Shown here one piece after another: positions 12,301-25,600 of a stretch of DNA of 64,000 nucleotides (position 1 is the stretch's first letter; each line of letters starts with the position of its first letter). Under the pieces are notes generated by a model, which saw only the letters and a list, made by a program, of their open reading frames with translations, ran no database searches and had not been told where the DNA came from. Source of the DNA: Takakia lepidozioides (Eukaryota; Plantae; Bryophyta); contig CM060732.1 of assembly GCA_030704615.1 (NCBI GenBank), positions 58,652,001 through 58,716,000 of the forward strand, read 5' to 3'. Both the position numbers and the translations under genes were made by a program.

Positions 12301-13694
12301 TTGCAACGCGCCACGAAGCTGTGATAGAAGGAATGACCTCCGCAACTCCGAAGATGCACTCATGATGCGTGACACCCCTACATGAATAGTACACAACAGC
12401 GGATAAAATTCAAACCCTCAGTTTTGCAGGGGGCTAATCCGCCACCCACTCTTACACCAGTTTCACTATTAGTTTTAGTATAGAGCAAGAATAGGGTGCC
12501 ATACTGCATCATCATCACCATGTCATCATCATCATTTGTTTTAAAGCTGCTCGGAGTGCTCAAAAAAATGGAAAAACAAGAAAAAAGAAGATGTCATCTT
12601 GGCCACATCGTCATTGCCACGTTTCGGAGGCCACGTCATCAACATACATTCTTTAAGCTGCCCGGATTGCTCAGTAATAAAAGAGAACAAACTGAATTAT
12701 GAAAATCATTGTTGTCAAATCTGCTCTAATATATATATATATTTATTTATTTATTTTTATTTTTTTCCTTTCTTTCGTGTTCGATGTAATTATTATAGCT
12801 GTTCCAAATATTACTTTGATGTTGTGATAAACACGTTTCAATTTACTAATATTTACAGAGAGGGAATGTAAACTCTAGCTGGGGTTGTACGGTGGGGAGT
12901 GTAATTCCACTTGGGGTTACACTGGGTTATACAACAGGAAGTATAACTCCACTCGGTAGAATTCACTCTTGATCTCGAAATTGGACTAGGTCAAAATTTG
13001 GCTAAGTTTAAAATTGGAGTAAGAATAGTTACACAATATAGGGGGGTGACATGAACCATGGAAGCCAGCGGTGACATTAACACCCATCAAGAATCAAACC
13101 TTCACCTCATCGCTTCAATTACCATATAGACTACTAATCACTGTTTGACAATCTCTCACATTCTAAAATATTTAATAGTGAATCCGCGTTAAGACAAGGT
13201 GGGGAAGATTTGACATATTGCTCACAAACACATAGCAACAAATGCAAGTATGATGGCAAATATTTGTAGGTGAACATTGCTTTGTGCTGATGATGTCCAC
13301 GCTTGTCAACAGACACCATTTACAATGTGAAGGCTGAAGAGAGACCAAATGACCATTGTAGAGGTTTTGCAGAGGTTTTGGTGCGTCCATGTTCAAAACA
13401 CCAAAATACATAACTGTTAATCACATCAGGGTCACAACTAAAGCACTGTAGCTGAGAAAAGTAGCATTCCATTTGTGCATGAAATGGGATAAGAAATATC
13501 TCACTCCAACAAGTTTAACAAGAGAAGGCTTGTACAATATCTAAGCGCATTTCTTGCTGTCCACTTCAAAGACAGAACACAAAAGACAAAAGATACACCA
13601 ATCAAATGTAGTTCAGCCAATGACTACCAATGGGGTAGTAGCATGATAAAACATGTGATGGTAGTATCATGTGTATGGGTTCTCTCATCTAAAA

Positions 13695-16600
13695 TTAGTA
13701 GTCGCGTGCCAAGAATTCAGCAAGCTCTGCATCCTCATCGACCCCAGATGTTGTCAGCTTATTTGCTTTCTTTCTCTTTCTAAGATATGACCTAGTCATG
13801 GGTGGCTTTCCTTTCCTTTTGAATATTGGGGCCTGCCAGCCATCACAATTACATTGAATGGTCACATATAAAGGCTTGAATGAAACAGAACACAACACCA
13901 ACCTTGGGCTACTCTCAAAATGTGGCTGGAAATGAGACAGATTATTTTTGTACACTGACTGAAGAGAGAGTTTGTGTTGGTATTCCTTGGTCTGTGTTGC
14001 GGTCAAAGTTTGGGTTCACAGGTTTGTTTGAGGTATTCTGTATTTTCCTCACAAAAAAAAGAAAAGAAACAGAATTTAACAACAGAAATAAACTTTCTAA
14101 AGGCGAAAGAAGCCGAAGAGCTTCTAGAGAAATAGAAAGAAGTGGACTTATTATCTATGCCTGTAACCCATGGGCCATAGTACAGGCAGGTGGATGATAT
14201 AAATGAAATCTGCAGGCATAAGGATAGAGAATCAATAGGCAGCTCACTTTGGCACGCTCAAGGCTCTTGATGCGACGATTCTCTTGCTCTTGGTGAAGTG
14301 CCTCAATATTCTCAGCCCGTATTATCAGGCGCCTCTCCTTCTCGCGGGCCTTCTCCATTTGCTTAGAATAATCACTCGGAATGGACTTCAGTGCCATCAG
14401 GCCATCCTCCATTTTGGCCTGTGGACCAGTATCAACAATGTCTTATGTCTTGGTACATGTTGATGCCCAAAGATACAAGAGTTATGTGCTTTGCAAGTCC
14501 CTTCATCTCTCTCTCTTCACTGGACGTTAAAGAAACTTTATCTTATCTTTTATCTTATCTTATCTTCCTCAGACTGTGGTATGTTTTGTTTAGAAGTTCA
14601 AAGTACTGAAGAGGAGAGTGGGAAGAACCTCAATCATGGTGAGCATTTGCAGTGTGCCAAGAGAAGGGTCCATGTCCATCCCACACCTCAAATATGTGGC
14701 CAACACTTTTTCAGCCAATTCCTCAAATGAAATCTCATGTTTTTTCTCTGCCACATTCATATTGGTTTTAGTTTGGAGCATGGCCTGTTTCTCTTCTTCA
14801 GTTTGCACTTGTAGTTTGAGCACCTGATAGGCAATTGACCAACGTTAATATAGAGTTTATTTGCAAATACGTCCCAAGTTATACAGTTTCTCCCTCCCTA
14901 TCTCCCAGGGCTAAGTACAATCATGTGTACATAATGACGTATTCTGACCGGAACAAAATCAATAAATAAACTAGATCTGTCACCGCAGAATTAATGGACC
15001 TTATTGGTGGTTGAAATCAATGGTAAATTTTGAACATAATGACTGCTGGAGGTTTAGTTCTACTACGGGAATTTTCTTGCAATTCAATGAAAGAAGCCGT
15101 GCAAAGCTGAAGTTTGCTGATGAGGAAAAACCTTAGGCACACTTCTTCACTTTAGTTGTTTGCTTAGGTATAAAAGTGACATGGTATTTGCCTCATTCAG
15201 AAGAAATAAGTGATGAGGGAATAGATTGGGTTTCTTGCCGCAAGCTGGGAGCGTAAGCTTGCAATTTTGGCATCGTTGGTCTCACGAGTGTCTCGCAGCT
15301 TGGTCTTTAGATTCTCAAGGAAGCCCTCTACGTCCTGGCTTTGTTGCATCAGCGCTAGGTTTGCCACCTCTATATCACTGTATATCTCCAGCAACTGTTG
15401 ACATTCACCCCCGGCCCTCCCGAAAATTCTTTTCTTCTGTCAGCCGTTCAAAGAACAACAGTACATGTTTTCTCCTACAATGTCAGTCTCTCCCTCCTAG
15501 AAAGAAGAGTACGACAAATATGCTACGAACTTCATTAGGAAAATGAAGTTTCAGGGGAGCGGTAGATTTGTCAATTGGTTGTCTAACTACCAAATCAGAG
15601 GGCGATGAAGAACCCTAGTATGGAGATGGATTTTATCTAGTCACCAGGACACTTTTGTGGATAAGAGCTTTTGTTGAGGCAAGACCTTCAAAACAATAAA
15701 TAGTAGAAAAAAGAAAAATAAGTGATTGTGGTTTTAAGGTAAAGACCTGATGAGGATGCTCAAAGAATGTAATCTCCTCTTCCTCTTCTTCTGTATCTAG
15801 CATCTCCTCAGTTCGCCCTAGAGTTCTCCCACCCATATCCCACTCACTACTGGATACAAAGTCCCAGCCTAAGATTGAGACTGCAACAGTTTTTTCTAGG
15901 GTAAAATAGATGATGTTGTAAAAACAAAATAATGAGGTTCACGGCCAGTATAAACTTCTGGTGCTACAGACCTCATCGGAGGCTGTGGGCTCTCAATATC
16001 TTCCTCTATAATATCCTGATAATTAGGTGTCAAGAGATAACTTGGTCTCATTAGGCTGGCACCATCTTCCTGGAAGATCGTGTTCAATGGCTGAATGCAC
16101 ACTTCGGTATTGGAGAGGATGTGTGACCACTCAAGAAACCTTGAGCCATCAAGTCTACTGTCTCTTGTCAAGAGTTGGAACTTGCGCTTGTCACTGATCT
16201 GGCTTAAGAATCTAGAACCCCCTAGATATAGACTTTCGCGAGGCTACGTCCATGGGCTGGCTAGATGGACCCCAAGCCAAAGCCACATTGACTTTGATTG
16301 CTATCTGCTTCTGCAAGTTAAAACATGGCTAGGTTTCCGAGCCAACGGGTGAATGTAGGGTAGGGTGGACCAAAATGGACTTCCGCCTATTTATTTTGCA
16401 GTGATAGTGGTCCGTGGTACCACCCATATTTTTTTTAAAACTCACTATTGCATCAAAATGTATATGGCTTAGGATTGTAATATCTACATGTACCAATTGT
16501 TGGATTGCAAAGTGGACAAAGCATGTCCAAGCTATGGACTTTTGAAACCGGATTCTGTGAACTGTCTTTCCAACCATATTAAACTTATGGACTTTAGAAA

Positions 16601-19600
16601 AGTCATGTGCAATTGGGCAATTGCACTAAAAGTTTGAGTGATGGGGGCCAATTTTGTGGACATTGTATTGATCTATTTGCATGGACAAATTGATTTATCA
16701 TTTAGAACCTATGGACTAATTTATGAACAAAAAATACGCATTTTTTCAAAAATTCATTTTTATCTTTTTTTGGGGTACTACCTTTTACTAAAATGATATA
16801 AATTCTTTTATTTTCAATAAGACTCCTTTGTCGGAAATAAAAATTCGACTTCAGATTGGTGGAAAAGACATTTTTCCAGTATGGACAAATAAGGTCATGA
16901 AATCTAGGTCAAAACATAGCCCTGTTGACAAATTACCTATACGACGCTTCGGTGGACCAATCGAAATTGTCGTAGACAACATGGACCCCACCACTTGAGG
17001 GGTTGGATGGACTTTCATGGACGTCACCATCTTGCCGTTTGGTCCACCCTATCTTGCATTTATCCTAACCCACATTTATCCTAACATAGTCTTAACCCAC
17101 GTCATGGTTACATGAGAGGTAGACTAGTCTAAACTCACTTACCCTCCTCATAGGCTTTGAGCTGCAAGGCCCTCCGTTGCTCGTCACGCTGAGCTTTCAA
17201 AGCTGCTTGTTCTTCAAACCACTCATACGGTGTCAAGCTGAGAAGAAACTCCTTGTACTTCTTGCACTCCTCAAGCTGCTCCTCATACTGCATGCCCCAT
17301 CCTCGCAGACATATGTCACATGCCATCACAATGCATATACCCCCGACTAAAAATGTGTGACAACTATCTTCGGGTGTTAATTAGACCTGTGACACAGAAA
17401 TGATGCCAGAGATAGTCAGGTCCTCAAGAATGCATGATGCAGGTGAGATAAGGCTGGTTACTACCATCCACGCTTTGCAGCCTGTCAGTAAGGAAGATGT
17501 CCAGCAAGTAATGCTTATGACGTTTTCAGTGTACCCTCATTGGACAAAAAATTAGTGAAATCTGTTGACTCTAACTTAAGAGGATAGGAAGAGAAGGTTA
17601 TCTTGGGAGATCTAGCAGGTCACCATGTAAGGGCCAGAGAGAAACACATACAGAACCGTGATTGAGTCCGATCCGAATGTTTTCTATCCAAAATATATAT
17701 GGTCTCTGAAGTTTTCCGGTTCTCTTTAGCTTCTGCCACTTTTTCTGAGACTCAACAAGGATGGACATCAGAAGAGAAGAAAACCTTGGATAATTCAGCT
17801 TTGACGATCACGGTCTCTGCATTGAGCTTCTTTATCTCAAAAACCTGCACAATTTGACAGTTGATAAGTTGTGCAAAAAGTTATTATTTTTGACTATATC
17901 CAAGCCGTATTGATACTTCTACCATATAGGGAACCCAAGTGGCCTGTCTTCCCCTCCCCCGTCTCTACTCTCCCTGCCCTCTAGGAAGCCTATTGCCATT
18001 GGGTTGACTTGATATGGGAGTAGGTAAATGTCTCTGACTAAATGCCGGCCTTGTGACCTCATGTCTTTGTTTGTTTTGACCTAAAGCACTCTGCTTCAAG
18101 TAAGGTAGTACATTGGACTTAGTTGGAGAGTGTGGGGCGGCCTCTCCCTCCATTCCCTGCCGCTCCTTTGGAGTCTGATCTCTGAATCGTAACAAGCAGA
18201 CCCCTACCGCTTGGGGGCAGCCCCTCCGCCCAAAATGGGCAGTTGTATGCTCCGTCTAGCATGCTTGGCACTTGGGCTAGGGTTGGTCCTTGTACTTATA
18301 GCCTGCGAAATTTATCAATTTATTTTGCCATGACGATAACAACACTCCCCAGGGTGATTCCTGGGAAATGGTTACTTATGCCAAATCTAGGGCTTCTTGT
18401 GTAGTTTTAGGGGTGAATCCCAGGATGGACGATGTATCCTTTAAAACTACCTGCTGCAGCTTAGGCTTGGATTATGTGGCTAATGGCTCCATCTCGAGAC
18501 TTGATAACAGAGGTACTTTGAAGGTTTCAATGTCTAAAATGCTACAAATAGAGTCTCACATCAAATCAATTTCAAAGAAGTGTCCCTGGACTGACTGGAG
18601 AGCGGTCTTAGACATTGGTGATTCACTGAGGCGCTCTAGGAAGACAACCACGGGTGGGGACATTAACTTGAAAATTTCTAACCGGTTTGATGCCCTGGAT
18701 GACGTTGATACCAAGCAGCCAGACAGACTAGCTGGCCCCTACGTGTGCTGAGTCTGAGCGTCGTGTGACTGAAGGATATTGCCAATCCTTAAAGTTTACA
18801 CAAGACAAGTAAAATCTCCACACAAGATAATTGACCCCCCTTTGCAGATCTGGCCGTCCAGGAGCAATCATAGGCTACCTAGACGGCAAACAATCCATAT
18901 GCAAAGGGCTGGCTTGCGGCTGGGCAATTCAACTTCTCGGGGCTGACTAACCAACGGAGCCAATGTGAAGTGGGACAAGTTCTTCAAGCAAATGGTATTC
19001 ATATCCATGCAGGGTAAGAGACCGGGGAAACTTGAGATAAACTGGCTGGAGATATCAGTGGTTATAGATGGTATGGTAAGATGTGTGCACTTACGGCAGC
19101 CTCTGCCAAGCATGGTCAAAAAGGTTTTGACTTCTTTGTCCGTGACTTTTTCTGTGACAATTGTGAAATTATCAACAAGGGTTTGCGGTATGAGCACAAT
19201 AGCTGAAACTAAAATTGAAGAGCGGCATGAATAGGAAGGACCTATTTGTGGGTTGTGTTTACATGCCCCCAGAGGGGACCCTTAGTGCTGAAAAAACCTT
19301 CGAAGACGTAGAGCTGGACTGTGCTAAGTTCCTCACCAAAGGTCAGGTGGTCTTATTGGGTGACTTCAATGCCCGAGTGGGTAAAGGTCTTCATCAGGAT
19401 GATACCACTGGGATAAGCTGAATTCTAATGGAAGACGGTTAATAAGTTTGGAAGAACTTCAGCTTTTGACCTTGAATAATATGTCAGAAAGAGTCAGTGT
19501 GCCATGGACTTGTGAGAAAGCCCAAACTGGGGAACGATCCATTGTGGATTATATCATAGTGGACAAGTATTTGTTTCCCAGTGTGCCAATGTGTTGATCG

Positions 19601-22600
19601 ACACTGACATGACTGAGATCAAAAGGTGTTTCACCAACACCAAGAGATCTGTGAAATGTTCGATTCGGAAACGGCGCAGAGAAAACTTCCAAAATGAAGA
19701 GGTCAAGGTTGAGTATGTCGGCCAGGCCTTGCAAGAGGCTCTCCCTCACGTTGTCCATTCGCTCCAAGATCTTCAGTCTCACTTTGGCAATGCAGAAATG
19801 AAGTCAAAAGAGCGGTGGATTCTTGGGAGAGTTTCGTCTCCTCTGTGGCTGACAAGATCATTGGGAGGAAACTAATTGTCTGTGGCAGAGCTGTTAATTG
19901 GTGGACCAATGCAATGAGATCAAACTCAAGATAGCGGAGAAACGAGTCCTCTATAAAAAGTGCTGCAATTTGAAAGTCAACAAAGAATTGTGGGCTAGGT
20001 ACTACCAGATCCGAAAAGATATCAATCAGCTTGTAAGGTCTCAGGAGAAATTATATTGGGACAAGTTATACAGTGAAATAAACTCAAACTACCATGGTGG
20101 CAATGACGAGATTCTGGTTGGCCCTTCAATGTCTGTAGTCTATACAAGCCGAAATATCAGCAAGTACAAGCGCTGAGGACTACTAAGGGTGCAGTGGTGA
20201 CTTCATTGTCCAAACCTTTGAAACTCATTACAGTATCCTTGGCAGAAATTCTAGGTCTAACAGTGAGGGGTCTTCTAAAGAATGGAAGGACACAGTTGAA
20301 AAAACTGTTCCTGTTATTCAAGACAGCCCTGATGAACTGGAGTATATCTCAATAGGTTTCAACGCTCCCATTAGTTCTTCTGAGATTGTGGAACCAATTG
20401 AGCATTTAAACATATCTAAAGTTGGTGGATCTGATGGCATAGTCAACGAGCTTATCAAGCACGGTGGTGACCCCATGATAGAGGGCCTTGTACTTCTACT
20501 TCTTTAACCTTATCTGGAGGACTGAAATGATCCCCTTTCGCTGGCGACAGGGGGTCATTGTCAATCTACACAAGAAAGGTGACAGAGAAGAGCCGGGGAA
20601 CTATCGAGGCATCACGCTTCTCAATGCAGTTGGCAAGAGATTTTGCAGAGTTATAAGTACTCGTCTTGAGGTTGATCTGTCATCTAGAGGTTGTTCCCAT
20701 GAAGGCCAAGCTGGCTTTCGGAGAAACAGGGGCGGTGTGGACCATATCTTCACTCTAAGCCAGATTATTCAGGGGGGAAAAAAGAACGGAAACCCACTTT
20801 TGTCCTTTTCTTGGATGGCAAAAAGGCTTATGACACAGTGTGGAGAGATGGTCTATGGCTCTGACTCTGGTCATCTGGGATCAAGGGAAAGATGTGGAGA
20901 GTGGTCCATACCTTGTATGCTCACACCAACAGCTGTGTCACTGTTAATGGACAGAAGTCTAACTACTTTGACATAGACCAAGGTGTAGCTCAAGGATGTA
21001 CCCTCTCCCCTCTGCTCTTCAATGTTTCCATCAATCAACTCCTCGAGGATGTGGAAAGTAAGGGATTTGGGTTAAGGGTACGTGATGCAACCATATCAGC
21101 CCTTATGTTTGCGGATGACTTAGCGGGCATAGGGGACTCGACTCCATCCAATCTTTAGGAGTTGATTGATTGCGCGAAGAGATACTTTGACCTTTGGGGG
21201 CTAGAGGCTAACGTCAGTAAATGCGGAGTGGTGGCATTCAACGACTGTGGGAGGGAGGAGGTGACCTCAAGTGGCAGTGGGGAAGCCAAGAGATTCCTGT
21301 CCTCCCTTCCTACACATACTTTGGCATTGAGTTTTCCTCCAACTGTAATTGGGAAGCGCATATACGAAAAATGATTCAATCTGGCAAGCGTTGAGCCTCA
21401 CTAAATTTTTCCACTGCAGAGGCATAAACTCTGAAGTGAAAAAAAACCATGCTTTGCCTCGTTATTAGGCCTACCTTGGAATACACATCTGCTGTGTGGG
21501 TTGATAATCCCAACAAGCTAAGCCTCTAGAATTCAAGTGGGGTTGCTCAGTGCATGTCAGGATGCTCCAAAACAGCTAATGTGGCTGTTTGGGGTGAGTT
21601 TGGCATTCATCCCTTAAGCTCCCGACTAGTACATAGTAATTTCTAGCAGGTCTTTCATAAGGTCTTTAATGAAATGACTTTCAGCTTCTTTGTTGTGAAT
21701 GTTTGCTTGTGAAAAACTCTTCTACCCTCCTCTGTCAGGACTTAGCCTGTTTGACAGGGCCCTCCTGCTTCAAGATATAGAGTCAATAAACTTAGGATAT
21801 CTGGTATTAGTTATACGTTGCACCTGACCCCACCATCTGACCTTGAAGTCTAACCATTGCATCTACACATGCTATGAGGGGGTAAGGGGTGACCTTGTCT
21901 TGCTTGAGTTTGGTATTCTTTTCTGCTCTCTTGATGGCATCTTGCATCTGTTTGACATCAAGACCAACTGGAGTTATATTCTCACATTCAAGAAGTATTT
22001 AGCAACACTTCTATAATCTGAAGGTTCCTTAGAGTTTCATATTGACCAATCTGCACAAGAAGCCCAATTTGAAAACAAAATCAGTAACAAATTAAAGACT
22101 ACATGACAAGACTGATACAGCATTGCACTCACTATGTGCAAAACTAGGGCCTACCGAGCATGCTTTTTCTCATTACTCCACAGTCCACCTCCTGGAAAAG
22201 CACTTACCTCCTGAGACTAAAATATGAAAATTGTGATGCCTTAAGCATTGGAAGATGTATGGCCAGTATAAAAAACATTGTAGGATGCCTTACAAGACTC
22301 ATTCTCAAGTGAAGAACGCTGAATGCGCGAGCGAGAAACAGTCAAATTCTACGTAAGGATGTCTATATGTAGTCACAAAACATCACCTTCTCATCATTCT
22401 TCTTTAGAAAAGCATCAAACTCTAAGTTATCCTCTTCCAGCATATCCTCACTCTTCCGTAGAGCCTGTCCCCTTGCACATAGGATAACAAACACCGACAA
22501 CAACTTAACATCCACACAAGCTCTCTTTCAATATTATCTCTAAATGAGCAGTGTTGTATAAACTGTACTCTTGGTTTGAAAAGAGTACAGCAGAAGATTC

Positions 22601-25600
22601 ATTCAAAGAAACCAGGCAGGGCTTTAGGAACAAAACTTCAAGCTAGATTGGAAATTAAAATCAAAGCAAAACTCGTCCCTCTGATCATGTATCAAGTGAG
22701 TTCTTGCATAACAATGCCTAATATAGGGATTTTCTCTCGTATACCAAAAAGAAAGATATAGTGGGGAGGGGTTTAAAAGGGTTGAACCTCGTCACGTTGA
22801 TAGATACGTTCCTCTAGCTTACGAATCTCAGCCCGCTTTGTATCCAAGCTCATCTGGACAAAAAAGATCTCCCTCTTCTTTGCCACAAATTCTTGTAAGT
22901 TCTCCTGCGCACATAATCAAATTTCAAGAAGGATCATTTGCTCGCACATTTGGACAATCCATCTGTAAGTAGCTGACAATGCATGACTAGTTCTAATTCA
23001 CTCAATATTGGTCCTACAGGGGCCTTGCCTACTCTAGAAGGAGAAGGAGGATGATGATGATGTCTGCTGAAGCTCACAGTAGTTGTAGTGATTCCTAAAC
23101 CTATGTGCCCCCTGTGGGAAGCACCTTTATTTTTCACTTATAGATTGACCAAGCAATTCTATTCCACAGTTTTTCTCATGGTGAGTGGAAACTGCTAGGC
23201 ATCTAAGTTCATCAGGCCATGCCTGCACCCGCCGCAGCAAGGACCATGAAGTGTCAACTCTCTTTTGAAATTGGCCACCTAGACTACGGCCACAGCACAC
23301 CAACCTGCACAAAGCTATCTATTAGAACAGGGGTAAGAACAAGGTGAGATATAGCAGAACATTACCTCACCTTTTCACGGTGGTAAAAACAGGTTTGAAG
23401 CATTGGGGGAGCCTGTTTTAACTCCAAAAGCAGGACCTCCATCGTTTTTTCCAGCTCTTTCAATTGCTATGTATTCTCCCACATAACACCCGATGTGTCA
23501 GAATTCACCCTAAATTTTTTTCTTAACTCGATGCTTGCCACAAGGCTACGACAAACAACGTCTTATGAGTACAATCTTAACTCGATGCTTCTGGATAAGA
23601 GGTTTCAGAAGGAATCCAAAGGGTTTCATACCAGCAAGAAGAAATGAAACGAAATGAAATGGTACTTTATAGTCCGCAGAAAGCTCATAGAGCTTATGGG
23701 ACAAAATGGACAAATACATGAGAGAGGAAACAAAACCAGAGCCAAAATTAAAACTATTGCTTGAGGGATTGTATAAGCTGGGTGAAGGCCTCGTGTAGGT
23801 AAGCTGCCACACATTTCTGATCCTCATAGTGGAAGACTTCAGTGAGAGCCAAGCATTTCTGATCCTCATAGAAGAAAAAGAAGAATCCATTACAACCACT
23901 TGAGACCCAAAGGGCCAATGCAGCCTAGAGAAAGTTCCAAACAACGTGCCAAAGAGAGAGAGAGAAAGAAGCAGTCTATTATGTCCATGGGAGGTCAAAG
24001 GACCCAAGAGACCGAGAACAGTAACAAAGATAATGCGAGCAATAGTAAGCCTTAGAACCAAAGGAAAATCAAAAGAGACTAAAATTTCAGTGGCGGTGCA
24101 AAAATTTATTTCAAATAAAGCTACCAAATGAGCTACTATAATGTAACTTTTGGAGTAAGGCAAGTGCCTTACTTGGAAGGATGATTGAAAGTATAGCCTT
24201 AAGGCAGATTAGTGTCAAACTCTAACTAGACACTTGTTAGAAGTAAATTACAGTGTGGTGGGCTCACTTTTCTTAGCCTCTCTGATCCCACTATGGCCGC
24301 AGTCCGAGAAGCAAATGTTGTCTTGTCCACAACTGATAGTTGGAGATTCTTCTCAAAGTCCTCTCGGTCTTTCTTCTTTTGAAGGGATCGAATGGTGAAA
24401 ACCGTCTCGTCAGAGGGCATCACAAACGGTTTTTTTGACCACTCACTGCTCAAATATTACAACACAAGCCAAGTCTGTAATACCATAAAACCTCCCACCT
24501 CCCGCTTCCAATTTCACGTGCATACATAAGGTCCAATTCCTCTCCTCTTGAAAGTTCCACAAAGAAGATGACAATGTAGGGAAATTAGTGTATGCACATG
24601 CATACAAGTCCATACACAGCAAGAGAAGAGGTTGGGTAGAAAGCACTAACCGACAGACATCATCCAATTCTTCTGGTTTTGGCGGAAGCTTTAAATCTAC
24701 ACCTGCCTCTGTCATCTCTGCAGCCTCTTTCTCTATACCGGCCACTTCTTCAAGCACACTCTTACAAACCATGCCACATGATATCACATACATCAGGTAA
24801 AGGGTACCTTGAATTTTATACCATGCTGTGCCATGATGAGAGTATGGAAATCCCCATCACCATGCCATGGAAACCTTCTTGAGGCTGTTTCTATGGTGAT
24901 CTATCAAGGGGAAACTTGCCTTTGAAGCATTTTTGAAAATTGAGACCAATTCTTTCTACATCTAGCTTCACCCACTGGGACATCATTTTTCTTAAAAAAG
25001 CCGGGAGAACTGTGATGCTTCTGCATTTGCAGGTGGTCATTTCCCTTTTTGATAACTAGTAGCATCTGTGAGCTTAAAGTGAAGTATCAACTTATTGTTG
25101 ACCAATCAATTTCCTCGTGAAATGAGCTCCTCAAATTAAAAAACAAACAGGCAGGCTCTCACCTCAATTGAACACTCCGATGAGGATTCTTTTTCTGGTA
25201 CAATAGAGGGCTCCCTTGTAAAAACCTACGAACAACCCCATCAAACACTGCCTTAAAGTCATTAACACACATCTGAAGAGTGACAGAAGAAAGACCGCTG
25301 GTAGTAAAACATTTGAAGTCCACTGGGGATGGAAGGAGATACCTCATCACAGTAATTGACCTCGCATGTCAGGGCCATGTTTGAATTCCAGTGATTTGAA
25401 CTAGACACCAAGAAGTGGTTTTAGAGATTCAAAATCACAAGTCACTCTGATGTATTGCGCATGTTCCTCTCTAAATTAAAACAGTAAAGAGCCTAAGTTG
25501 CTGAATCATTGTAGCTTTTAGAAGACAACAAAACTGCTCAGCACAAAAATCATAAAATAAACCCTATTTGCTTTCCGCCAACCAGGTTGACATTTTCTGC

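Noticed and set aside
15896-16310. Possible extra CFAP100 exon(s)
   Set aside because: I could not find phase-compatible splice sites, and the model is already continuous from 17143 to 15880.
23546-24163. 205-aa - strand ORF inside CFAP100
   Set aside because: It is intronic and runs through LINE 3'-end fragments and low-complexity sequence.
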